DNA of 64,000 nucleotides from an uncultured virus (IMG/VR IMGVR_UViG_3300024298_000009) (taxonomy: Duplodnaviria; Heunggongvirae; Uroviricota; Caudoviricetes): the IMG/VR virus record IMGVR_UViG_3300024298_000009. One strand, 5' to 3'. Position 1 is the stretch's first letter, and each line of letters opens with the position of its first letter. This document shows positions 52,260-60,700 of the stretch, piece after piece. A program made the translations under genes and the position numbers. Below the pieces are notes generated by a model that saw nothing but the letters and a program-made list of their open reading frames with translations, was not told the DNA's origin and did not search any database.

Positions 52260-52810
52260 TTTATGACTTTTATTATGTTAAAGAACTTTATACACCAGAA
52301 ATGTGTGAAGAACTCAGGACTTTAATTCTATTACATTATAATAGAGACGATTCTGTAAAAGATGTTCCTGCAGATGGAGCAACTAAAACTGCCGATGTAA
52401 AATTTATCAACAGAAAATTTATATCCCCCGAATTAGAAAAATTTTATGAATCAATTGGTGTTATTAACAACCTTGCTTTTAGATTTCATCTTGACGCAAT
52501 TGGGTACGAGTCAATATTAAGTTACAATACCTACGATTCTAAAACCAACGGCGAATATGATTGGCACACCGACGGGAGAAGAGATGGTATTAAGGATATT
52601 AAATTAACAGCATTACTAAACTTATCTGACGAACCGTATGAGGGCGGTGATATAAGTTTATTTTTCAACGGTCCTCATGTAATTGAAGAATTTAGATTGC
52701 CAGGAACATTGTTAGTTTTTCCTAGCTGGGTTCCTCATAAAGTTGATCCAGTAACCAAAGGCACTAGAAAAACACTTATTCAATTCTTTGAAGGCCCTCC
52801 TTTGTTATGA
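52256..52810 (+). CDS. 2OG-Fe(II) oxygenase (prolyl-hydroxylase-like)
   Basis: WHTD (HxD), YEGG, FPSWVPHKV.PV..G.R. Confidence 0.88.
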   Translation: MIYDFYYVKELYTPEMCEELRTLILLHYNRDDSVKDVPADGATKTADVKFINRKFISPELEKFYESIGVINNLAFRFHLDAIGYESILSYNTYDSKTNGEYDWHTDGRRDGIKDIKLTALLNLSDEPYEGGDISLFFNGPHVIEEFRLPGTLLVFPSWVPHKVDPVTKGTRKTLIQFFEGPPLL

Positions 52811-53037
52811 CAACAGAATCGCACGATCGTATGATTGCTGCTTTTCAGGAATATTTTAAGTGGCAAGAACGATTTGAATACAAAGGCTCAGATGAAGCAG
52901 GCATTAAGGCACGATATTGGCTATCAGAAATACGCAACGAGGCATCAAAAAGGCGAGTTGAGATACAAGAAAAACGCGAACAACGAAAGTTAGCCAGAAA
53001 AGGCATGGTTGGAAGACCGCCTAAAATAACTAAGTGA
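52807..53037 (+). CDS. hypothetical basic helical protein
   Basis: 76-aa ORF with ATGA overlap; abuts the GIY-YIG gene. Confidence 0.75.
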   Translation: MTTESHDRMIAAFQEYFKWQERFEYKGSDEAGIKARYWLSEIRNEASKRRVEIQEKREQRKLARKGMVGRPPKITK

Positions 53038-53472
53038 GTGCAATGGACGTATCAAAATCAACCAATAAACGAAATACCAGAAGGCTATATTGGCTTTGTT
53101 TATCTCATCACGAACACACAAACCGGGCAGAAGTACATAGGCAAGAAATTAGCACAATTTAAACGTACTAAACCACCACTCAAAGGCAAAAAACTTAAAC
53201 GTAGATCCGTAGTTGAAAGCGATTGGCGCGATTACTGGGGTTCTTCTGATAGGTTAAACGCAGACGTCCAAGCATTAGGTCCCGGAAACTTCACTAGAGA
53301 AATACTTTATCTTTGCAAATCCAAGGCAGAAATGTCCTATTTAGAGGCAAGAGAGCAGTTTGAACGCAGAGTTTTAGAAACTGACGAATATTATAATGGC
53401 ATTATAAACGTCAGAGTAGGCGGTTCAAACATACTAAGGCAACGCCTAGAAGAACATAAAAAGGCAAAATAA
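53038..53472 (+). CDS. stand-alone GIY-YIG family nuclease-like protein
   Basis: GFVYLITN...G.KYIGKK (GIY/YIG strands), YLEAREQ (Glu), YYNG (Asn); basic insert KRTKPPLKGKKLKRR; no C-terminal DNA-binding domain. Confidence 0.75.
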   Translation: MQWTYQNQPINEIPEGYIGFVYLITNTQTGQKYIGKKLAQFKRTKPPLKGKKLKRRSVVESDWRDYWGSSDRLNADVQALGPGNFTREILYLCKSKAEMSYLEAREQFERRVLETDEYYNGIINVRVGGSNILRQRLEEHKKAK

Positions 53473-53860
53473 AGCGGTTTTTGGCTAGCGCAGGCCTTAA
53501 CTTCATGCGCTCTAAACCTGGTCAATCGTGGTCGCAGGGACGGAATTCCATGCCGCAATGGTACTCAACTACTACCCATTTATGGATGAAGATCGCTTAA
53601 AACCTGCGATTTAGTTGTTTGAAAAGGATATGTAAAGGTAAAATGAGGGGAGAAAAACCCCACGTGTACATTAGTGATAGCAGATTAATGTATACCGCCG
53701 TTGTGTAAAGACGGAGCTCGAGGTACCGGACAACCGCCTCTGTAATGCTCTACTGCTGTGTGACATGGTTCGACTCGGATAATGTTTTTTCTTTGCCCGG
53801 CAACGGGCAAAGTGTGACTGAAACGATCTGGATAATGCTAAATTTGCGCTTCGCGCAAAA
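53473..53860 (+). ncRNA. candidate large structured non-coding RNA (family not recognised; boundaries approximate)
   Basis: Largest gene-free gap in the window and GC-richer than its flanks; at least eight hand-verified helices with G-U pairs on the + strand, a GCAA tetraloop and a pseudoknot pairing. Confidence 0.6.
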
Positions 53861-53946
53861 TATATTTCAACTGCATCTTTGAAATAATTAAAAAAAAGAA
53901 AAGTGCTTTGAGCGAAGCGATAAAGCAAGCGAGCGTTAGCTCGCTT
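53843..53946. repeat. cluster of inverted repeats including GC-GAA-GC mini-hairpins
   Basis: TTTGCGC-TTC-GCGCAAA (53843-53859), TATTTCAA/TTGAAATA (53863-53886), GCGAAGC (53912-53918), AAGCGAGC-GTTA-GCTCGCTT (53927-53946). Confidence 0.8.
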
Positions 53947-53951
53947 TTCAA

Positions 53952-53957
53952 TAAATA
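53952..53957 (+). promoter_or_regulatory. late promoter core TAAATA
   Basis: aTAAATA 26 nt ahead of ATG 53984. Confidence 0.55.
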
Positions 53958-53983
53958 AGTAGTATATCAATTTTGAGTCTTTT

Positions 53984-55501
53984 ATGAAAATATCAACATT
54001 ATTAGAAAATCATCAGTTACTTGTCGAAAGACATATGCACAACTCACGATTAATATTAGAGGAAAGCTGTGACGGTCTTAATAAGGAACAACGCAGAATT
54101 GTTGAAGGCATTTATAATGAAATGCTACCTCTTATCGAAGCTAGTCTAAGCCCTGAACAGGTTAAACAGGTATTTGGATCTGTAGAGCAAAGTGTAAGTG
54201 CAGGTGGTGGTAATAGAACAATGCTGGGCAAAGGCATCGATGTTGCTAAAAAAGCAGATGAAGTAGTTAATAAAGTTGGTAAATGGCTACAGGATACTAC
54301 GCCTGTTAAGAACATGGACCAAAAGTTTGAAGATTTAAAGGCTAAAGTTGGTGCTAAGTTTCCTGAGCTAGATAAAACTCTAACTGGATGGGGAACTTGG
54401 ATGAAAGAAAATCCAGGTAAGTCAGCAGCGATTATTGGTGTGCTTACCACTCTAGCAGCTCTTGCAGGTGGCCCAGTAGGTGGCGCTATTGCAGGTGCTA
54501 TTATTCGTAATTCGTCTGAACTAATCAAAGGCGAAAAACTTTCAACTACCATTGGCAAAGGTATTAAAACAGCAGCCTATGGTTTTATTGCTGGTAAGAC
54601 CTTTGAACTTATTGGCGATGCACTCAGTGGCGGAGTTGATATTATCAAAGATAATCTATTCCCTGGTGCTAGAAGATTAAACATGACTCAAATCTTTGAT
54701 GAAGTTGGGGGAGAGTTAGGATCACGTTCTGCTAACTTTGAAATTAAAGGACTAGTAGGACAACCAGCAGATATTGCAGATGCTAAAGAGTTATTCATGG
54801 ATGCTACTTCTGCTTGGCAAGCAGGAGATTATGCTCAAAGCGACAAGGTATGGCAAGTTCTTCAGGGCATGATTGATGATAAATTTAATAATCCAGAGTA
54901 TATTGCTCAGATTGCTGCCACAGCAGACAAGCGAGCAATGTTAAAATCTGCTGCCGAAGGTGCTAAAGAAGTGTTTAAATTCTTAGGCGCGGCTGCGCAA
55001 GGCGCAGTTGCAGCTGGTACAGGCAGCAAACAACCAAAACAAGAAAGTTATTATATTCAAACTAGACCTTTAAGTGAAGGTCAAGTATATCTAGTGTTTA
55101 ATCGTGTGTTATCAGAAGCTGGCTTTATGGACAAGGTTAAAGCTGGAGCAGGCAAAGCAGTTGATTGGGCCAAGACAAAAGGTCATAACATGACCACACA
55201 GGTCACGGCAGACAAGTTAAATTCTGCTTGGCAAAAAGCAGGTGCTCCTACAGATTCAGAAGAACTAGCAAAGTTTTTACAAGATCAGGGCATTGATGCA
55301 GGTATTGTTACACAAGTTTATAGTCAAATGAAACTACCACCACCCGGTCAGGGCGGTGCCGATCAAGGTGGCCAAGGTGGCGCCAATGGTAAAAAAACAG
55401 CTACACTATATGCAGAAGTTAAATCAGAGTTAGCTAAGTTAGATAAGAAAAGTAAAAAGCGTATCATGGGCTTCTTACAAAAACAATTAGGAACTGCTTA
55501 A
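53984..55501 (+). CDS. Ala/Gly-rich hypothetical protein, candidate internal head protein
   Basis: 505 aa; late promoter; several L-x-E sites near the N-terminus; hydrophobic AAIIGVLTTLAALAGGPVGGAIAG segment. Confidence 0.6.
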   Translation: MKISTLLENHQLLVERHMHNSRLILEESCDGLNKEQRRIVEGIYNEMLPLIEASLSPEQVKQVFGSVEQSVSAGGGNRTMLGKGIDVAKKADEVVNKVGKWLQDTTPVKNMDQKFEDLKAKVGAKFPELDKTLTGWGTWMKENPGKSAAIIGVLTTLAALAGGPVGGAIAGAIIRNSSELIKGEKLSTTIGKGIKTAAYGFIAGKTFELIGDALSGGVDIIKDNLFPGARRLNMTQIFDEVGGELGSRSANFEIKGLVGQPADIADAKELFMDATSAWQAGDYAQSDKVWQVLQGMIDDKFNNPEYIAQIAATADKRAMLKSAAEGAKEVFKFLGAAAQGAVAAGTGSKQPKQESYYIQTRPLSEGQVYLVFNRVLSEAGFMDKVKAGAGKAVDWAKTKGHNMTTQVTADKLNSAWQKAGAPTDSEELAKFLQDQGIDAGIVTQVYSQMKLPPPGQGGADQGGQGGANGKKTATLYAEVKSELAKLDKKSKKRIMGFLQKQLGTA

Positions 55502-55502
55502 A

Positions 55503-56612
55503 ATGAGATTAAATGAATTCATAACCGAAGATAAAGAACTTGCCGAAGGCCCATTGATGAATAAAATTGGTAGTGCAGTTGGCAAAGCTGTAGGAACTGC
55601 TGCCAAAGGCGTTGGCGCAGTTGCAGGTGGTATAGCTGGACTTGGTGCAGCCGCTAAAAAAGGATTTGCCGCAGGTAAAAGTACGGTAGCAGGTGCAGGA
55701 GATGACGAAGAGCCCGCACAAGGTCAAGCAGCAGGTGGTCAACAAGCAGCAGGTGGTGCCGGTGGTCAACAAGCAGCAGGTGGTCAAGGAGGCATAACTA
55801 AACGTCAAGTTGCTCAAGATATGTGGAAAAAAGGAAAGATTGGTCAAAATAATCCTTTCCTTAATGCAGCCAAGAAAGCAGGAATGCAAGATACAGATCA
55901 AGAAGAACCCGCACAAGGTCAAGCAGGAGGCCAACAACCGGCCGCTAGCGGACAACCAGCACCTGCAAAAGGAAAACCAGCAGCAGGCGGAGCAGCACAA
56001 CCTGATGCATCTGGAAGAATTGAACCAACTATGGAACCCGCACAAGGTCAAGCAGCAGGTGGTCAAGGACAAGATCAAGCTCAACAAGGCACGCCTTATG
56101 CACAGGTTAAAGCTAAGATTGCTAAACTAGATAAAAAAGGTAAACAACGAATCCTTGCAGGACTACAAAAAGAATTAGGCGCACAACCAGCAGCACAAGA
56201 AAAACCAGCAGCAGGCGGAGGTGCATTTGGACAAATGGCAGCAAACTTAGCCGGCGAACCAAATCCGGCAGTAAGCACTGGAACAAGCTCAACTGGTGGA
56301 ACAACATCAAAGGTTGGTGGAACAACAACCCATACAGCAAATCCAAACAATCCTAATATGCAACAACAACCAGCACCGGAACAGCCAGCTGCAACACAAG
56401 AACCCGCAGTTGAACCTACAATGCAGACAAAGAAACGTGCTCCGAGAAAATCAAGAGCTAAGGCTCCTGCTCAGCCTTCGGTGCAAGCCGCTGGCAAAGT
56501 TAACACAGGTAATCCTTTGGCAGAAGCACTTGAAAGAAAAATTGAAGAACACAAAAAGAAATTGTTCACCGAAAATGTTAAATCAGGTGCAACAAGTATT
56601 TTTAAAAAGTAA
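55503..56612 (+). CDS. low-complexity Ala/Gly/Gln/Pro protein, candidate internal head protein
   Basis: 369 aa; N-terminus MRLNEFITEDKELAEG; EPAQGQA repeats. Confidence 0.65.
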   Translation: MRLNEFITEDKELAEGPLMNKIGSAVGKAVGTAAKGVGAVAGGIAGLGAAAKKGFAAGKSTVAGAGDDEEPAQGQAAGGQQAAGGAGGQQAAGGQGGITKRQVAQDMWKKGKIGQNNPFLNAAKKAGMQDTDQEEPAQGQAGGQQPAASGQPAPAKGKPAAGGAAQPDASGRIEPTMEPAQGQAAGGQGQDQAQQGTPYAQVKAKIAKLDKKGKQRILAGLQKELGAQPAAQEKPAAGGGAFGQMAANLAGEPNPAVSTGTSSTGGTTSKVGGTTTHTANPNNPNMQQQPAPEQPAATQEPAVEPTMQTKKRAPRKSRAKAPAQPSVQAAGKVNTGNPLAEALERKIEEHKKKLFTENVKSGATSIFKK

Positions 56613-56845
56613 TTAAAAGAATGGGAGGCCGCTTTTCTTAGTGGTCTCTAAATTATCTTTGATAATCTCGCCAATAATTTGGCGCTCTTCATAACTTAGA
56701 TTCATACCTTCACTATAAGAAAGTCCTCGCATATACCAACAAGCCTTGAGGACATCCTTTTTAATCTCCCTAGCCTCTTTTTCTAATTTTGAAACAAGAT
56801 GTAAGATCTCCGGCCTTGGGAGGTTTAAGACCTTACTGCGAAAAA
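56613..56845 (-). CDS. -1 frame extension of the gp26-like gene (FRSKVLNLPRPEILHLVSKLEKEAREIKKDVLKACWYMRGLSYSEGMNLSYEERQIIGEIIKDNLETTKKSGLPFF*); absent from the ORF track
   Basis: Hand translation: open from the slippery run at 56849-56840 to TAA at 56615-56613, filling the gap exactly. Confidence 0.7.
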
Positions 56846-57685
56846 ATTTGATTGATCCATTACTAAGTTAATAGTATATTGATGATGACATTCTGTACAC
56901 TCGACTTCTTGAGTCTGTAGATCAATTCTACCTTTCATTTCTGTTACATGTTTATTAATTGTATTAAACACATCAGTTGATGCATTGTTAATAAATTCTT
57001 TAATCATAACAGAATCAGTTACGGTAGCTTCTGGCGTAGTAATACTAGTGATACATCCTGCAATAACATCTACGGTTAATTCGGTTAATTTAATAAAACT
57101 TTCGCCAAATTGCTCTAATTTTTCTTCATCTGACAATGAATCGTTAGTAACAACGTTTAATACTTTTTGTTGTTCTAATGCTTTAATACTAGCCTTAGTA
57201 ATTTCTTGATATGAATAAGGTCTAATAGTAATAGTTAACGGTGGAACTTCAAGTTGATCTACATATCTAAAATTATTAAGTTTATCAAGATAACTCACAA
57301 GATTAATTTCAAATGTACTTCGATTACTGCATTCAGGGCAATCCGCATCAACTTCCATCATTTCACCGTAGGTTGCTGTTCTAATAGCAATTAAAACAGC
57401 ATCTAAATCTAAACTTGGCATTTTCCAAGGATCTTTAATAGCAGGCACACAGCTTTTTATTAGTTCAACGGTTGCTTGACCATTCATTAACGCATCGGGA
57501 GTTTTAAACATAAGTTCGTCCTTAGCGGTCATAGCATAGACAGCGTATTCGCCATTCTCACTCTGATCCAATACTCCCGGCGGATAATATTTGCCGTGAC
57601 TTGGTAAAGTTACATATAACTTTGGTTGTCTAAAAAACGCTGCCAACGGATTTGTTGGTTTAGCAATTGATGGATTTTCTACCAT
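56825..57685 (-). CDS. gp26: baseplate hub assembly / tail chaperone protein, T4 gp26-like
   Basis: PKLYVTLPS.G, MTAKDEL, LDLDAVLIAIR.ATYGE, CPEC...CTEC zinc pairs, C-terminal NFF. Confidence 0.75.
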   Translation of the reverse strand: MVENPSIAKPTNPLAAFFRQPKLYVTLPSHGKYYPPGVLDQSENGEYAVYAMTAKDELMFKTPDALMNGQATVELIKSCVPAIKDPWKMPSLDLDAVLIAIRTATYGEMMEVDADCPECSNRSTFEINLVSYLDKLNNFRYVDQLEVPPLTITIRPYSYQEITKASIKALEQQKVLNVVTNDSLSDEEKLEQFGESFIKLTELTVDVIAGCITSITTPEATVTDSVMIKEFINNASTDVFNTINKHVTEMKGRIDLQTQEVECTECHHQYTINLVMDQSNFFAVRS

Positions 57686-57698
57686 TTTTTAACCCCGA

Positions 57699-57725
57699 TA
57701 AATAAAAAGTAATCATACGTATTTA
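57699..57725. promoter_or_regulatory. pair of oppositely oriented late promoter cores
   Basis: TAAATA on + at 57699-57704 (toward the tape measure gene) and on - at 57725-57720 (toward gp26). Confidence 0.55.
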
Positions 57726-57753
57726 TGTACGCACTTTTCTGGGATTTTGAATA

Positions 57754-60700
57754 ATGGCAGAAGTAACCGGTGATCTAGGCGGTCAACCAATTGAATTAAA
57801 CAACGCGGCTACCGAAGCCACCCTCAAGGAACTTGTCCGTGCTGTTGCTCTGTTGGCTGCTAAACAAGGCAAAGACGGCAAATCTGAAAAACAAATTGCA
57901 GAGTCGATGAAAAAATTCTACAAGCAACTTGAAGAATCATCGGACGGATTTAAAAAATTAACCAAACTGCAAAAAGAAAAGATAAAACAAGACGAAGAAG
58001 AAAACAAAGCTCAAAAAGAAAAGATAAAACAATATCAAGAAGAACTTAGAGCCCAGGAAAAATTTATTGAAGGGACAAAATTAGTTGCTTCTGGATTTAC
58101 AAAAGTTGCTAGTAGTGCCAGTGCATTAGGATCATCATTCTTTGGGTTAATGAATGATCTTGCCAATATGGGAAACAACATCAATGCTGTTGGCGGCATT
58201 ATTGGCAAGATTCCAATTTTTGGTGGAGTTCTTGGGTCGGCCTTTGGTGCTGTAGCAGGCGCTGCTACAAAAACTTATGAATCGTTTAACAAAGCAGCAA
58301 GTGTTGGTGCAAACTTCGGAGGAAGCATTCAAGAAATGCAACGTCAAGTTTCGGCAACAGGGCTAACACTTGACCAGTACACAAGCATTATTAAAAATAA
58401 CAGCGAGAACTTAGCATTATTTGGCGGTAGTGTAACTCAAGGTGCAAAACGTTTAAGTGAAATGTCTCAGAAGATTAGAAATAGTCAACTTGGAGACGAA
58501 CTTGCAAGATTGGGTTATTCAACTGAAGATATTAATAATGGCATTGCTAGATATTCAGCAATAGTCACAAAGAGCGCCGGCGGAGTAAGAGTTTCAAACG
58601 AAGAGTTAGTTAAAGATACGGGTGACTATCTAAGAAATTTAGATGCTGTTTCAAAACTTACTGGTAAGAATAAAGAAATACTTCAAAGAGAACAAGAAGC
58701 AAGACAAGCCGATGCGCAGTTTAGAATATTACAGGCTAAAGTTGGAAAAGAAGGTGCTAAAAATTTAAACATGCTAATGGATAGCATGAGTGAATCTGAA
58801 AAACAAGCAGCACAAACTATTTTAGCCACAGGATCATTAAACAGCGAAGCAGCTCAGCAATTAATGATTACAAATCCGCAGGCCGCAAAAGCATTGCTAC
58901 AGGCTTCTCGTGATATTAGACAATCAGGAACAATGACTAGAGAAGGAGCATTTAAGATTGACGAAGCATTCAATGCTGGTGCTATTGCTAGTCAAAAAAA
59001 TGCTGCTCAAGTAACGTTGGCCACGTATGATGCTGAAAAATGGGGCAAGGGTATTGTTTCTAATTTAGATCGAGCCAACAGGGCAGAAAAAGATAACGGA
59101 AGTCTAAGAGCACAAGCGGCACAACAAGAATTAGACAGACAAAAACAATTAACAGAAGGCGCCAAAGGTCTTGATCCTGCTAAAATGAAAAGTAACATGG
59201 AAAAGTTAGCTGACCTTTCAAATAAATTTATGGCAGCATTGGCTAATAGTCCGTTGTTAGATAAAATGTTGCAGTCATTTACAGCGGCCATAGAAGAACT
59301 AACTCCTATATTAATTGAAGGATTGACTTGGGTGGCAGACCATGCAAAAGAAGTAGCTATAGGAATGGGAATACTAGGTGGACTTATAGTAGTTTCAAGC
59401 GCCATTACTGCTGCTGCAAATTTAGTTCAAGCAGTTAATGTTTTAGGTTTAACAGCACTGGCATCAGCAGTATGGGCAACCGTAGCTCCTGTACTAGCGG
59501 CCGCAGCGCCATTTATTGCAGTAGCGGCAGCGGTTGCAGGTGTTGTTTATCTCTTTAAGAAATTATATGATAGTGGTTGGACATTTGGAACAATTATTGA
59601 TGCTTTAAAAGATAATTTCCAACGTTTATGGATGACTTTGCAAGATTGGATGGATTCTTTATTAGAGAAAATACCAAATGCAATTGGTGGTATTAGTAAA
59701 GCAGAAGCTGATAGACGTAGAGCCTTAAGGGATGACCAACGTAAAGAACTTGACGCTAAAGAAAAAGATAGAGACGATAAGAGAAAACAAAAAGCAATAG
59801 AACGTGGAACTTACGAGGAAGATAAGAAAGCTACTCAAGAACATACTAAAACAACACAAGCTGCTACCGCTGCGGCTCAAGAGGCAACTAAAACAACAGA
59901 AGCTCAAGTAGAAGCACAGAAGAAAATTAATTACACAAGTCCTGAAGAAACATTTAAAGCCTTTAAAGAAAGAAAAACTATGGGAGGAGGAGCTCCTTCA
60001 CCTGCCACACCTGCTACTGCACCCGCTGCACCAACAGGAGGACCGGCCCCAGGAGCTGCTGGACCGTTAAATCAAGATCAACAGAAAAACATGGCTCTAG
60101 TTGAAGCAGCTCTTAAAAAACAAGGAATTACTGATCCTGCTTATGTTGCTGCTGTCAAAGGCAACATAATGAAAGAAACTGGCGGTAAGAGTATTTCTGA
60201 AAATATGAATTATGCTAATACATCTAACGATCGTATTAGAAAAATATTTGGTAGTAGGGCTGCTGGAAAATCCGATGCAGAACTAAATGCTATCAAAGGC
60301 GACCAGCAAAAAATGGGCGAAATGATGTATGGTTCCGGCACAGCAATGGGTCGTCAAATGGGGAATACGGAACCCGGAGATGGATGGAAATATAGAGGCA
60401 GAGGTTTTATTCAGTTAACTGGTAAAAATAATTATGCCGCTGCATCAAAAGCCATCTACGGTGATGATAGATTAGTTAAAAATCCAGATTTAGTTAACGA
60501 TCCACAGGTTGCTGCGGAAGTTAGTGCTTGGTATATGAAAAAAGGTCAAGCCGGAATGGCTAGCAAACTTGGTATGGGCACTTCTGGATTATCTCAAGAA
60601 CAAGCAAACTTGTTAGCAACAAGCCAAATTGCCGGTGGAGACATAAGACGAAAAGGCGCAATTGGAGAAGAAATTTTAGGAAAAGTAAATTCTTATTCTG

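Noticed and set aside
53767..53776. GGTTCGACTC resembling a tRNA/tmRNA T-loop
   Set aside because: The flanks do not form a T-stem, and no acceptor stem, cloverleaf or CCA end is present.
53758..53859. CRISPR array
   Set aside because: Only two imperfect units with internal variation and no cas genes in the window.
53473..53950. Group I intron carrying the GIY-YIG gene
   Set aside because: No recognisable P7 (R/S) core elements and no interrupted host gene on either side; cannot be fully excluded without a covariance search.
53671..53970. 99-aa minus-strand ORF in the structured gap
   Set aside because: Atypical composition, no clear Shine-Dalgarno, opposite to flanking genes, and it runs through the hairpins; probably a chance ORF.
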